From: Balanoglossus misakiensis
Lineage: Eukaryota > Animalia > Hemichordata
NCBI GenBank assembly: GCA_040954595.2
Contig: CM082585.2
Coordinates: 12,016,241 to 12,080,240 of the forward strand
Direction of reading: 5' to 3'
DNA length: 64,000 bases
Position numbers and translations under genes: made by a program. How positions within the stretch are numbered: the stretch's first letter is position 1; every line of letters begins with the position of its first letter. Below the pieces are notes generated by a model that had not been told where the DNA came from, did no database searches, and worked only from the letters and a program-made list of their open reading frames with translations. Shown here one piece after another: positions 10,713 through 25,700 of the stretch.

Positions 10713-13700
10713 TGTCTGTCTGTCTGTCTGTCTGTGAGTGTCTGTCTACAATGAAGTTCCATCCAACCTATTAGCAGCATATGTGTTATTGTTGACCTGA
10801 AGGAGGTCACATGTCTTGTTTTGTTGCCCTCCCTTGGGGTAATATTGTGTAACGTTGGCCCTATCAAATATCAGACTGAGACATGCACATTATGAACTCG
10901 CCATTTTCCTCTCCACAACTATATATTTTTTTTACAAATACTGATAGTATGTTCAGTTAGCCCAGGTGTTCAACTCTCTTGCTAGATGTAACTAGGCAAA
11001 ATTATGCTTCCTTTGCATCAGCAATCTCAGTTTCAAACTATTCATTATAACTTCCCATAATAATCTGCCATTATTAGCCTAGTAACTCAACGACCGATTT
11101 CCAGTAATGTTGGCTCATTATCTGTTGAATCTGAAGTATAGAATGACAGCAATTGGACTCAAAGCCTTGATGATGGCACAGTAAAACTGTCCATTCTTTG
11201 TAAAATTAGACTGACAGTCCATTATAGTATCCTATAGAGGCAAAAAGGTCAAAAGATCATGTACTTCACCAGCAATAAATATATATAAAATGAAATATAT
11301 GTATACTTTACAGAAAGCTTCCCAAAATAAATATTTATTTTTCCGAAAATAGAGAATGAATGCAAGGTTATGTAATGTTACATAGAACCAAGGAAATGTG
11401 TCAACAAGAAAAAACTTAGACCCAATGAAACTCTGGTCTAAACATTTTTCAACCTCGCACCTCTAGAATGAAATTATGACCAAATCACTTAACCTTATGA
11501 CCACCGGTCCTGATGCAGTTTTGGCTTCTCAAGGGAACTGCGGAAGATTTAATTAACTTTTGTTCGTCGGCTGTCCTTGTCATGGTTAAAACATGCCCCC
11601 CCCCCCAAAAAAAAACCTCAATTGTCAGGCCTTGCCCGACCAATCAGGGAAGGAAGGGGGGAAAAACCACAAGTATTTTAATTGTCCCTAACCCAGTCTG
11701 GGGGCATGGTGTTTGGCCTTCCTGTAAAATTTGGGTCTGATTATTGTGACGGGAAGATACGCTTAATTTGACAGCTGTGGGGTACCAGTAGCCTCATCTT
11801 TCTGATTTGCTGCCGTTTAAAGCTGTGCTGAAGGACACTGGTGGTATTTGCTCGTGTTGCCTCTGAACTCTGTGATCTGAAATTGTCAAATTATCAAGCC
11901 ATGCAAGGTTTTAGTTACTTTGTAGCAATTTGAGATGTGATATGCCGTTTCTGGATGACCTCATCTCTTAAAAAAAGAGAGATAGGAGTCTTCAAATACA
12001 TAATGACATTCCATTGCTTTATTTACTTTCGTGTTTGTTGAAGTGTTTTCAGATTTAAATTTGATGTTCGAACTTTGAACTGACTATCTGGTAGACAGCC
12101 CCTCTCCCTCCCACAGTTTAATTATTCAAAATGTCTGCGTTCAATCGCGTTGTCGTCATTTTTGATTGGCTGTCTCAGCAATGTAGACTGGAAGTTACAA
12201 AGGGTGTAGGTTACAAATTGCCAGCACTCAATAGGAAGTGTTGAACTCATTTGAACCTCCAAGTCCAGTTAACTCTGGTGGTTTCCTGAAGAGAAGGGAA
12301 AACTCCAGCCTTGGAGTTTTCATTCCTTGTCGGTGTCAGTTGGCATTTAAAGGAGAAGTTCCCGGATCTTAAAAGTCTTAATAGGGGGAGCAAGAAGGAT
12401 GAGGGCAAAGGTTATAGGGTCGCGCCAGAGCTGAACTCTTTGATTTCCGCCACTGATATGCCGAGAGCGTATTGCTGCCCACAGTGAAGCAAAGTTTGTA
12501 AAGGAACACGGCTTCTGGTTATGGATACTGTCGTCCTGTAAACATCTGTTTGGGAAGAGCGTTGAGGGACAACATTTAGGGAGACCACGGCTGCTTGGAA
12601 TGCGTGAGATTCTGTGATCGAATCTGGAGTTCTTCTACTCAGGCAGGACAGCCAGGCATTTTATTATCAGCCGCTGAAATCAGTCAACACTCACCTCATT
12701 TTATCAGGATATTCATCTCTGTCAGCCGCAGTGCTATAACCAGCCCACTCCCACTCGGGTATTTTGGTTGGCAGCCAACAATATCCCAGTGACTTTAGCA
12801 ACCCAAATATGCCCAGCATTGAGGCTATCTAAGTGTGTGTGTGCGTGCCCCAAAAACATCAAATATAACCATGTCTCAGTTCTTCAGCTGCTTCAAATCG
12901 ACTAAAAAACCACCGAAAAAATACAAAAAAGAAGAAGAACCAGAGGTAGGTGTTTTATTAGTGATCTTAAAATGGACTGCATTGCCTTTGCTTTGGAGTG
13001 GGACTTTGGCCTATTGTGTGTAGGCCGTCTGGTTCCTGTATGTGTGTGTTTGTTAACCCCAATGTACTGAAAAAGGACTGAAGCAAAGAGGCCGAAACAA
13101 CAAGTTCTTCTGACAATGGGTTTTTGGTCTCCGGGGTCAAGAACCAACAGTAGTCAGGCCCCGCAGGCCTTTGTTGGCAATCAGTTGAGGCCACCACTGT
13201 GTTGTTTTGCCGTGAGTTTCTGGAGACCAGAACACTGTGGTGGTTGTCTGTCTTTTATGCCAGAGTCGTGATATAGCTTATGGCAGTCAGCCATTGCAGA
13301 ATGAGAGAGTTGGAGGGTGTGACGGCATTAATACTCAAAGAGTTGTGCTTGCAACAATAGACATACCAGACCTGCTGTTACTCAGCATTGCAAATATTTA
13401 GTCATTGAGCTCAGGCTGACAGTCACATACTATGCAGTCTGTAAACGACTCACCATTGCTTCTCTTCAATAAATTTATATATAGACATAATTGTAACAGG
13501 GTACACTGTAACTTGAATGACATTAAAAAATTTATGTGTTTTTCTATAAATACACATGTATGCACATGTATCTATGTGCTGTTCAATTGTTGTATTGTTT
13601 TACTCATGGCTAGGCTCAGTTGTTTTTGAATTCACTGTTGTGAATTTATGACTGGTTATTCTGATGTAAATCCTGTGGGACTTTTTTCGGTGGGATGTGG

Positions 13701-16700
13701 GAATGCGGAAGGAAAACTTTTATTTGTTTGCTGCCATTTTTGCATCAGACTTGGTGCCCATAAAAACACACTGGCTGTGCATTCTGTGACAGTGAATGAT
13801 GATAGGGTGATGGAGGGAGCCATCACAGGTCACTGAGCTGCAATGTGTTTAAGAGTTTGCTTCTTCTTGTCTCCACTACCATCATCAGAGCGTGCAGTCT
13901 CGCGAAGTAAATGTAGAGAACGAATTTAGCATTTCATGTAAATGCCAGTTGTGAAAGAGGGCAGGAAATGATAACTGAAAATAAAGCAATCTCAGTTCTG
14001 AAACAGATGGAAAACAGTAAACGGAAAATGCTTTTGGTTGTGTGCAGGATGAAAAATGAAATGAGCCGTTGTTTCGACCAGGATTTGCATCATCGAGGAA
14101 ATAATCTTTGGGGAAACACCTGACTATCTGATCTCTTAGAATTGTCCAGTTTTCCTGAAGACAGCTGCAAATTATGATTTTTAAGCTGTTTTATATTTAT
14201 AGTATTTTCGTGTGGCATAATTATCCACTTTCATTGAGCTTGTAAAAAAAATTAATCCTTTAAACTAGGCTATCATTCCATTTATGGAATATACAATATA
14301 ACAATATGTCACAAAGCATATTCGTACGGATTAATATTTTAGACTTATCAGTGGAATAAATGTTGATCAATCTATGATTTTGTCACATTCATCAAAATGT
14401 GCAAATTCATCTTTGCCTGATTAGATCTTGACTGTTTTGTTATTAGGTTTCAAGTCAGCAGTGTGAAAATTGTGATAAAAATTCACAAATATTTTGTCTT
14501 AATGTTATCAAAAATGTCAAAATGTTTTGTGTCATTGTCGCCATGTTGACAGTGTGAAGGCTTATGAAATATTGTACCACAGTAGTGGAAAGAAGCATAC
14601 CAAAAATGATTCTATATTAATGAAATTAGTGAATGATTGTGCAAGTATTGATGAATTATTGTCGTGCCATATATTTGATTATCAATGTTCTGCTCTAATT
14701 GATATGCAAAGTGATTTTGATTAAATTTTCAAATGGTTGACAGTGATATTCAGTGATGTGCAAGATACAAGATTAAGAAAAAAATATGGGATGAATGACA
14801 TGTAAAGAAAATGCAGTTAAAAGATGGATAGAGCTGATCATATATCAGGTGTCATTTGTCGCGACTTTTAAAATATTTATAATTGGATATGAACGTCATA
14901 ATTTTCTGTCAAGTTTCACAGGAAATCGCTATTATACTAATAAATTATGGTTTTGTATTCGAAAGAGGAAATTGCCTTCAATGTTTTCCCAGAAAAGTGT
15001 GAATATAAAATGTGGTTGATTACATCAACTGCCAAAAAATGGTGGGATGTGTTTAGAATGTATAATTCATGATGAGAGAAAGTGGTTACACTGTCTGTTT
15101 GAGTTGTTAGTCAGATTGTAGTCCCTGAAGCTGTGACGAGGAGGCTTCAAATGTAAGAAGGCTAGTGATTGGTTGATAATCAGGCAGAGAGATCCATATG
15201 GAGGAATCTGATAATCAGCATGTAACGTGGGTAATCGCTACACTATCACCTTCATTGCACGGTGTTTTATTCGAGCAGGCAAATGCTAGCCACATACTGG
15301 GATTGAGGAATGCAGGTGTAGTGTGTGGTGGTTTGTACAGGAAGACCCAGGAAAAAGTAATTAAGTTGGACGGAATCTTAAGAAGTTAAAAGATTGTGTC
15401 TTTACAACAGATTTCAGAATGAAGAGTGTTTGTAGGTATATGCATGAGCTTTTTACCGACTATCCGGATGAGGTAGGTCTCCATCCTAATAAGCTTATTT
15501 AAGTATAACAGCATCGATAACCGAGGAGAAATTGAACAGTGATGAGAGCAGACTGCTGTGAGAAAAGCCACAACTTACAAAAGACGCTTTTACAAAATGT
15601 ATTGATTGGGCAACCTTCCTTCACCACACTTGGAAATACACAATATGACTTTCAGAAAGGGCACATTGTTTTTAAAATTGGGAAAAAAATGTTTGATTTG
15701 TATAAAATGCTGAGTGAGAAAATGTGGCGTTTAATAGAAATGTGGTTTTGCAGAGTGACAGGTCTTCGTGCGTGTGTTACTCACCGACTGGCCATTCATC
15801 TTTGATGCTGCCACAATTGTTGTCATCGCATCAGTGAAACAGCTTTTCATAAAATATGCGTGTCTGTCAAATTTGTCTATCAATTCTTGAATGAAACATT
15901 GAAAGAGCACAAAATTGCAGCACATTTTATTCAAAAATAGCTGCTAACACTGTCAAAATTGTTAAAAATGTGCGAATATTTGACTCAAAACATAGGCGGG
16001 AAAATGCTAGAGTGTGAGTACATGTAGGAGGTCAGTTTGCAGAGGTGAGTCATCTAGCAAGTGATGACTTTACCCCTTAGCCTTGAAATTCACAACAGCA
16101 GCTTGAAGAGCGATTTAATTAGCATAACTTAATACACTGTGGATGAATCGCAATTGATGTGGAAAGTAAAGATATGATAACAATTATCAGTGACCGTCTG
16201 CCCATCTGTGTCTTGTGAACTGCAGAATATATGAGCTGGGGTTATTTAGGTCATTCTCATACTTGGGAAAATGACAGGGAATCCCTCGACTGTCTGCCAG
16301 AGTTTCCTTTCTTGTTCATCTCTTGAAACTGAAAGGTCAGGGCGTTGGATTAAACGTACCAAGACTACTGTTCCCAGATCAGTCTGTACAGACAGATTGA
16401 TTTATGGGATCATGCCAACATGAAAGAAACAGTGTAAAACACACGAGAACATCAGTTTCGAAGAGAGGTTGTTCGTACATCTGTAAGGAACTCTTATTGA
16501 GGAATTTTGCAGAGGTTAAATCCTTTCAACCCCATAGTCACGTCAACTTGTTATCATCTTTCAAAAAAAATTACACAACTTTTTCCACATTTTATCTCAA
16601 ATTTTGATCAAATTCTGCAGCTGATGGAAAAATATTACTACTTGGTCTAAAATTAAGGACAGATTCTGGGGGGAAATGGGTGAAAATGTTAAAATCTTGC

Positions 16701-19700
16701 ACCACATTTTGACAGAGAAAATGTGGCCTTCAAAGGGTTAATTCTAAATCAGATGCCACCACTTTGGATTTCAAAAAGCTTATAAAAAGACTTTATAGTC
16801 TAATTCAGTATCTCCTTAGCACCTGCAGATTGTACAGTACAGTTGGATGATCTTTGAAATCACAGAAGATGGTTTAGCAAAGTTTCTTTTCACGATGCAG
16901 GCAAAAAGAAATAATCATTTATTAGGAATGGCAGCCATGTAATAATGCGACAAGAATCTGCAGACGGTGTCATTGACATTCATCTCTTGTCTCTCACATA
17001 CTGAGAAAGAATCATTACAAACGCAGCAGGAAATCGGCTGCTTTTAATTCTCCTGTATCTTGTGTCGTAATTTTAAGATCGCCAGCGGTGACAGGAATAT
17101 TTGCAGTAATATAAGGGATCTAGGAATGTAGAATAATTATTGTACAAGAAGAGACAGTAGCTCAGTGGATAGGCATGATGATCATAATCATTATCGCAGC
17201 TAGGCAATAAATGATATGTGTAATTAGATTATGTACATGAAGCTAATTATTACAATCAGCAATTCAAACATTTTCTTCTGCTGTGGTCAAAGTTGAATAC
17301 TAATCACACAAGGGATATCTGGATGGTTCAGTTCAGTCAGAGTTGGGGTTGGGGTAAGTGTGATGAGGGATAAGGAATAGGGTTAGGGTGGGTGAGGGTA
17401 AATGTGGTTAGGTTTAGGGTAAGTGTCTGGTGGGTATAGATGTACTGGGGGTGTCTGTCCTAGAACTACCCAAAAGGGTTAATTTTGTTGAGATGTCTGA
17501 TATGGTTAAAATTTGCCTGATGACTGTACAAGTGGTGAGATAGTCCCTTCATTTGAAATTATAGCTCAATTTGAAATAGTGATGAGTAATTTCTCCTCAC
17601 TGGCAACCCAGGGTTATCTGATTAAACCACAAGAAAAATAAAGCTTGTAGTTGTACATCCAGAGGCGCAGATGTTTGTCTGGAAAAATGGACGACTGTCG
17701 GCTATCAAGGGGGTAGGTCTGGTAATCTGTTTCAGGGACAATTGAATGGGCAGTAGGGAAAACATGGTTTCATTCGTGTAAAAGGGGATTAAATGTCTCG
17801 AGATTGATAGCAGCCTTGTGAAAAATACTTCTGACTTGACTCTACATCTACACCTACACACACTTGTGTTTGACACGCATTAGGATCTCCTTGCTCATAA
17901 AATACACCAGTCTTATTGTACAACGCTATCACCGACTTACAAATGTGTAATTTCTGCAAACACAGAATTGTTTGATTTTCTCTGGTCGCACAGACAAAGG
18001 CCTAGCATTTTACATGCAATCACACTCGTGGGAATTAAATTCATGTGATTTCTTGAATTCTGTAATGGGAAATGTGACCCAGAGCTACATGCATGACCTT
18101 CGAATTGATGCAGTTACTGAACCTCATCTTATCTCATTTCATTAGAAAAATGATTTGATCGGCATACATGTAGAAGTCCATTCATCACGTTGATATGTGT
18201 GCCACAGCAGTCGGTGGTGTACATTCCCAGCAAATATCGAGAGAGCGAATTCTTACCAATCATGCAGTATTGAAGTCAAGAGGTTCTTTTGAAGTCAGAA
18301 GGAGTCTTGAAATGAGGAAGTCTGATGGATAGAGATTTGTCAAGTAGAGTAGTTGGGTATTACAGATAGAGGAACATGACAAGAAGTGTCACAGATTTTG
18401 TGATACTACCCAGTCCATACTTTGTGTCAAAGGAGAATTTGTTATGAGATTAAAACTCGCACCAGAAAATAATTGGCAAAAAGGGCAAGTAGGGTGATGT
18501 TATGCACACGAGATTCTGAAGAAAATAATTCAGTGATTACCGTGAGTCATTGCAGACTAAAATGCGAGCTATTTACTTCTGTTTGTGTCATGAATCATTC
18601 ATTAAACTTGATTCACAACTAAAAATAAGCACATCCATTATTCATATTCTTGATTTTAATTGAATCAGAGTTCAGAGTTAACTGCAGTTGCCAATAACGT
18701 CAGTGCATTTCAAACAGGTAATTGTAAATACAGTATTGGCGAGCTGAGTGCAATCATGGCATTTCAATGTGGTCCGTCCGTCCATCCAGTCATCCATCCA
18801 TCCCTCCCCACGTCCCTCCCTCCATCCATCCATCCATTCGTTCGTTCGTTCGTTCGTTCATTCATTCATTCATTTTCCTTGTTTGCTTCCCCCTCCCCCT
18901 CTCTGTCTGGTATTGTTTCATTAGGTGGCCATTGCATCTCCAGAAGCTAACATCTCTTCTCAATACTGACAGTATTTGTTACTCTGTCTATGCATCAATG
19001 TTTTCAAAGGCAATTTGCAGACTTACAGAATATCACTCATCAGTATCTTGGGAAAACATGTAAATGCTTTTTACACAAAATGATACCGTTTTTTGTTCTG
19101 TACGTCTTGTGGAGATCACTTTTAAATTGAATTCAGTTCACCAGGGAATGGCACTATTGTATGCCATCTTTCTTCTGTGATGGTTCTTGTGCTGATTCAT
19201 GAATGATATTGCATCTTAAAAGGAGATTCAGGTGTTACGTGTTTTGAGAGAGAATCAATCCAAAGTACTCTAGATAGAAAGCCAGATTTTGAGTGTTTTG
19301 GAAATGAACCACTTGTATTTGTAACCAACGTGTAAGTAGAACCAAAAGTGCATGTTGTGGATGGAGAGAGCAGAGAAAGATTTTCACACCCTGGGGCAAT
19401 CGCGAACCGTCAGTGATAGATCTGTAAAGACCAGGCCATTCAGAGAAGGCTACAGTACAGTGTTCATCATCTTTTGTAGGATGATTCTATGTGTGTTGAA
19501 TACTGGCTGTCTGGATGTAGTCAACCACGTGATTTGTCAACTGCAGTGATTACAGTCTACCTTCATCTTGTTAGGATGTTGTCATCTTCATTAGTGTGGA
19601 CAGGAATGTCAGAGGAATATGATTAGCTGGGTTGCTGTTTGTTAACATGCCTAGCAGTCTGTGCCCTGAATGCTTAAGGAAGGGAGATTTTGCTACTTTG

Positions 19701-22700
19701 GGTCCTCTAGGATGGCATCATCGCCATGGTTCATTTTTTGCTACCAGTTATAATCATTGCATCATAAAACAAGTCTTTTAGTACTCAGGCAAGAAAATAC
19801 ACAGTCAGTTCTTTGATGCCTAGCAGTTCAGCCTGTCTTGTGATATCAAGAACAATGTTAGCAGAAGATAATTCATTGGACTCCTGTTGGATCCCAACAT
19901 CAGGAGACCAGTGCTTTGTATTTGAATATTGCTCGTCTGGGACTACTTAATACTTTCTGCCGTAAAAAGATGGCTGGCTAGCATACAGCAGTGATATATG
20001 ACTCATTGAACACAAAAGAGGCCAAGGAACATTTTGAGTTGTATGTCCACTGAACCAGACAATAATCAACTGTCCAGGGAAAGTAACATGAAGCCTGTTA
20101 TTGTTCTGAGAGTCGCCCAGTCAGCATGATAACCTTTCACCTCTTGGCAATGCATTCAAAAAGCCAGCAAACACCTTTTGCACATTTGAAGTAAACCTTT
20201 CCAGGACTAATTGCCCTACATTCATGTGCTGCTCAACAGAATGTAGTCTAGTACAAAATTCCTAACTGAACCTTCACAAATGCCAGTTGGATTATCACAG
20301 ATCTTGTTTAGAAATTCATAAAAGGATAAAAAAGATTGTGACATCAACAGGTGTTTGAAGATTATTGATTTCTTTGCGGAGAAAATGTTCGATCTTCCCT
20401 CACAAACAGATGGCTAAATTTTACAGTGTCATTAAAATTGGCATTTCCATAAGCAGCTAGAACAACTCTTGCCTGAGGCAAAAATATTCTGTTTCATATT
20501 TCATGTCACCATGTACTCGGTAGTTCTTTCTCAGTAATTACAATAAATGGCAAAGTGTGATGAGTTTCTTGTATGGATGTCAAATACTCAAGGAAAATGT
20601 AATACCTGTCGATGTCTGTGTGCTGAAGAGCAATAAATAATTTTCCTGGCTGTCAAAATTTAATAGCATCAAGTACTGTGATAAAAAAATCTCATCTTAA
20701 AATGCTGGTCATGTGTAGACGTGGTGTTTACATATACTTTGGCAACACGTATGAAATATTTATTGAGTGTGGTGAAGGAAGAACCAAAACTCACAATTAT
20801 ACTGGCATTAAATGTCAGCCTGCCCTATAAAACAACGATACATCAGACATACTGTCATGTTTGCAGTGCTCCATATAAACTCAGATGATGTTATATTTCA
20901 GAGGGTGACGTGTCAAAACCAACAGGTGAAAATGGCAGTTTATTGACACGGAAATGAAACATGGCGATAAATAAGTCCGAATTAATGCATAGTTCATGTT
21001 TGCGCACTTTTCTGTCAAGCTCACAATGGCTGGGTTTGCATTTCATGCATCTGATTTTTAGCGTCTTTTCAAAACGATCAATTTCATCAATGATATCAAT
21101 ACGTATTGTCTGCTACATCGTTGATATCAACGGTTATTGTCTACAGTGCTTGTATTCCATCAATCACTGTTTATACTTGTATATCATGTCACTTTTTTTT
21201 CTGAACCTTTGTCTTCTTTTTGTCTACTCTGAACAAAAAGAATGGATTTGAATTTGATACCGAGTTTTATGAAATCACAGAGGTTTGTATTTTAGAGTGT
21301 CATTGTGCCCTTGTCTGTGTTTGATAAATGCATGTTACGTGTACTTGTAGTAGTGCATTTGCTGAGCTGTTCAGAATATGAAATGTGATGAGAGTTGCTA
21401 GTTGTAGTGAATCATATGTATGATGTAGTGTGGGATACGTTGTAGTGTTTTGCAGTGTGCAAGGGTTTGAAAATTTTACTTGGATGGATCATCGGTTGAA
21501 AGGAGCAAATGATCGGTTGTGAAGATCTTTGTGTGAAGGCATAGTCTTGTTTGAACTCATGAGGGCGTTTTCTAAAACTCTCTTGATAGGAGCGACATGT
21601 TTATCATGAGTGTTTAGTGCACCAAGAACATACACAGATTTGATTGTATTTGATGAAAGTCTACAGTTCATTTCCACTTAAATCATTCTGGCTGAATTAT
21701 TTTCTCTCTCAGTTTCTTGAAGCAGTCTGACGTGACCTTTTTCCCGATATTCCTGTACTTCTGTCTTGTTGATCATAAAAATACTTTATGTCATCGGGCA
21801 TATCTGTCCATGCACCAGTATGACTGGAGGAAATACTTTCCAAACAGCAAACCCAGAGGTTGTCAATTAGCATATAAATAGATGGTGCAGATGAGTATGT
21901 TTTGTTACTGACAGCTGTAACCATTTTGCTCAAACTCGCCATGACATGTTGATTTTGAGCTAGACTAGGAATAATTGAACAGGGTACCCCCCTTCCCTCT
22001 TCAAAAGATAGGGAAAGTTTCGTCTCATGGACTCGGTATTGTCATGGGTCAAAGTCTGATCTTGGATTACATGTACTTTCCCTGACAATTAAGAATACTG
22101 GAATTATGCCCCAATTCATGTCAAATAAATATAATGTTAATACACAATATGTTCAATATTCTGTATGTTTTCACGATGACAATACAAAATGATATAGCTA
22201 CGAAATTATGTTAAATTTGTGACGGTTGACGTCGTATGGTTGATGATTATATTAAATAAGACAATCATTCTAAACTGGATAATAGCCTTCTTTAATAGTT
22301 GTTAAAAAATTCATAAATAAAACTGGAATTTATTCTGGTGAGAAGTAATAATTTCTGGGTCAGTTACTCTGACTTGGAGTCAGCAGATTTGATGCTTTCA
22401 GAAAAGGTCTGCATAAAAAATACAAGCAGGTCATGTGGAGTAGCAATTTATTCCGTGTCATAATCTTGTATTCACCGTTGAATGGACACATTACTGTTTA
22501 TAGGTGAAACAGTCAGGCTGTGCTATCAATTAAACTTGTATGAAGTGCAGACCTGGGTTGTTTTATATTTGTACAGCCATGTCAAATTCACAGATGAATT
22601 ATCTCTGATTTCCTTCTCGTCGGCGATTGTCAGAGTTTTGTGTTTCGCGTGCCGTCAACAACTCAAATTAAATTTATCAGTGATTATTCATAGATTGTAT

Positions 22701-25700
22701 TTGTGGAAGGTGGGGTGAATTCGTCTGTAGATGATTTCAATCACGTCATAGCCGCCGCGATTTTCTGAAAATAACTGGTCCGAGTGCTTTGCAAAGCCCA
22801 ATTAGCTCACTTTGCAAATCAAGTTCTATTTTTCGTTCCACGGTCCCAGCTGTTGATCAGGTTATCAGTAAGTACACACACACACACAGGTAGTTAATTT
22901 CATCAAAGTCCTTGATATAAAAAGTCACCTGACTCCCCTTTGTATGTCAACATTACTACTGTTGTTTTGGAAACGCACCCTATTAGTGTCAATGATTTTG
23001 GTTTATCCTGTGTGCACAGCTAATGAATATTATAGTAAAAAGCATTTAATTTGCAGTAAGGTAATTTCCACTCTGAGAAAACGTGGGATAAAAAATGAAG
23101 TAATGGGGTGCCAAATAAAGGCGGTGATCGTAACTGATTGCGCAGTATGTCTGAATGGGAGTGTCTTCGGGCAGAGTTCATGTATTTATGCATTGATCCG
23201 CGGTCGCTCTTCTTCTCTCGCGCACACACGGAGTGGCAATCAGTATTCTCCACACTCGCTGAGATTTCACTGGACGTACACTAAATGAATGAACTAAGAG
23301 GGTTTAACCGTAGCGTACAAATACATGTGTCCATGATTTAGTGGAGGAAGCAGGTATGTCTGTGTTGAGCGTTATTAGTACGGCACTGGCCAGCGGTCGG
23401 ACATCACCAACCATCCACATTCATCACTCCCCTCATCATGAGGTAAGCGTAGTTGTTGTGTTTGGTATTTCAAGGTGATTGAGGGAAGCTGTATTTGGGC
23501 TTCGCGGTGTTTGTTGTAGTTAATCCTGTCTCCCTTCATATTTTGTGGTGTGTGATTTAGATGTCAGGCCAGAACACCAAGGGAGTGCTCGCATTGGGTG
23601 CTGTAGTGTCGTAACATACTGCAATTTTAGGGGGTTGATGACATCAGAACTGAGCTGGCCTGTATGTCGCAGTACTTGCGTGGACCATTAGCGTTTTATA
23701 ATATTTATCCTCGTTTTACTCACAGAGACTCAGTGGTTTTCCCGGAGAAGCAGATCCTCTCCGGAATAGAGAAATCAAACAAATTCAGCGAGCTCTTCTC
23801 AGCGCAGACATCCCATGTTATCTTCGTAACTGCAGTGAAGTGTGTATGATTACTACGACAGTGTCGATACTATCGTATACATCATGATTTTCCTTAATAG
23901 TGAATGCAATTCTCTGTCACTTTGGAATATTTAATCCATTTCAGATAAGTTACAGCTGGTAGTGTTATAGTGAATGAAGTGCTTGATGTCGTACAAAGCC
24001 ATCTAAGCCCTTTCTCCCTCCTTACTCGCCATGAAACGTGAATCACTGTTACCGTCCACTGAGCTGCTATAATCTCAATGTCCAGGATGTATTTCCGCTC
24101 TTACGAATGGATTTCCTTTGTCGAGTCCATTCTGATTGATCACACTCTGCATTGTGCTCTTGAAAATTACTTGTAATAACATACTCGGTTCAGACATGGT
24201 AATTCTACAAGAGTGGATCGACCATGTTACCATGGTGACAGAGAATATCATCTTCAAAAACTGCATTTTATTCATTAAATCTTTTCTCTATATAATACAT
24301 GTTGTCATCCAGAGATTTTGAAATATCTAGTGCATGTATTTAAAAAAAATTGTTTCGCAATGCTTATAAATTGTGTCCACATAGTTTGATAAATAATTAT
24401 TTTTTTTGTAAAATTTAGGCCACATGGTATAGGGAAGTCTATTTTCATATAAAAAATTGAAAAATAAACCCTTATGTTTATGCTGTTAAAAATAAAAGTG
24501 ATACAAAGAAATTGATTGAAATTACTGTGGATTTAATGTCTAAATGATTGACTAGGTGAGCCAAATACAGGTTTATTTTCGTCGTATTTCTTTGTTGTCC
24601 ACAATAGGTATAGGTTGAAAAGAAAATTCTTTTGGCAGTAATGTTTCTGGTACATGAAATACAGCATTCCTGGGTTTGTTCATCATTTCAATATCTGCAG
24701 CTTTTGTTGTTTTGGCGAGGTCAACAGTGACGCTTCGATTTACCTTGGTACTTCACTCTGGAAGAATTGCTTCATTATGGCTTTAGTTTAACTTGCCCTG
24801 AAGGTTCACATGGAATGTGTCACATGTTGTGTGTTGGCACAGATCTTGAATCTGTTGCTATCACATTCAGCCGGGGTCGAAGTGTCATTTGAGAAAATAT
24901 CTGACAATTTGGATGTGCTGTGTGCGTTTGTTTCTACTGTGTACATTTTTCATTTAATACAAAAGATATTTTTTTTCTGACAAAAGCTTGGAATAAATAG
25001 TAGAGACATTATTTGCTTGACAAAAATGGTGCATGTCTGCTGGAGGGAGGTGGAGAACTGAGTTTCTAATACAGTTACATTGTATAACTTATAAGACAGC
25101 AGCTGGCAGAATTGTTTTATAAGGAGAACGTAAATCACAGGATGTGATGCGTAAAACCAAGCGTCTGACAGAGTTGATGGTTCTGTTGGAATGACAGATG
25201 TGGTATTCAAGTGAAATTCAAGTGGTTGGTTTGTCTTCACTTTGTAACATGGATATTGCTGGATATTCCAGATCATATGAAAATGGTGTGTGTGTGTTTG
25301 GGGGAGGGCAGTGTGTGTAATATTGAGTTTGTAAATGTTGTGTGCTTGTGAGAGATGTTGATCAAAATTTTGTACAAATGTGTGACGGTGTGTGTGAATG
25401 ACATGCACATTATACCTGTTGGGCTATTTATGTGTGTATGTGTAACCAGTATATGTCTGTCTGTGTGGACTGTGTGATTTCATAGAGAGTACGGTACATA
25501 TTTCTTAGCTTTGCTGTATGAATGTGCATTTGAATACACAGTATACGGCAATGCATGCATTAATTAATGCATGACCAGTTGGCTGTTTAATAGCTCTGTT
25601 CCCTGTTCCTGTTAATTTCACGGAAGATCGGTGCTGTGCCCATAAATTTCCAATGCATTTGTTTTATACACATAAATATATATATACCTGAGTTTCACTC

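Noticed and set aside
16516-16741. Possible further TTAA-type MITE (also 11489-11589)
   Set aside because: The ends are only loosely inverted and there is no second copy in the window.
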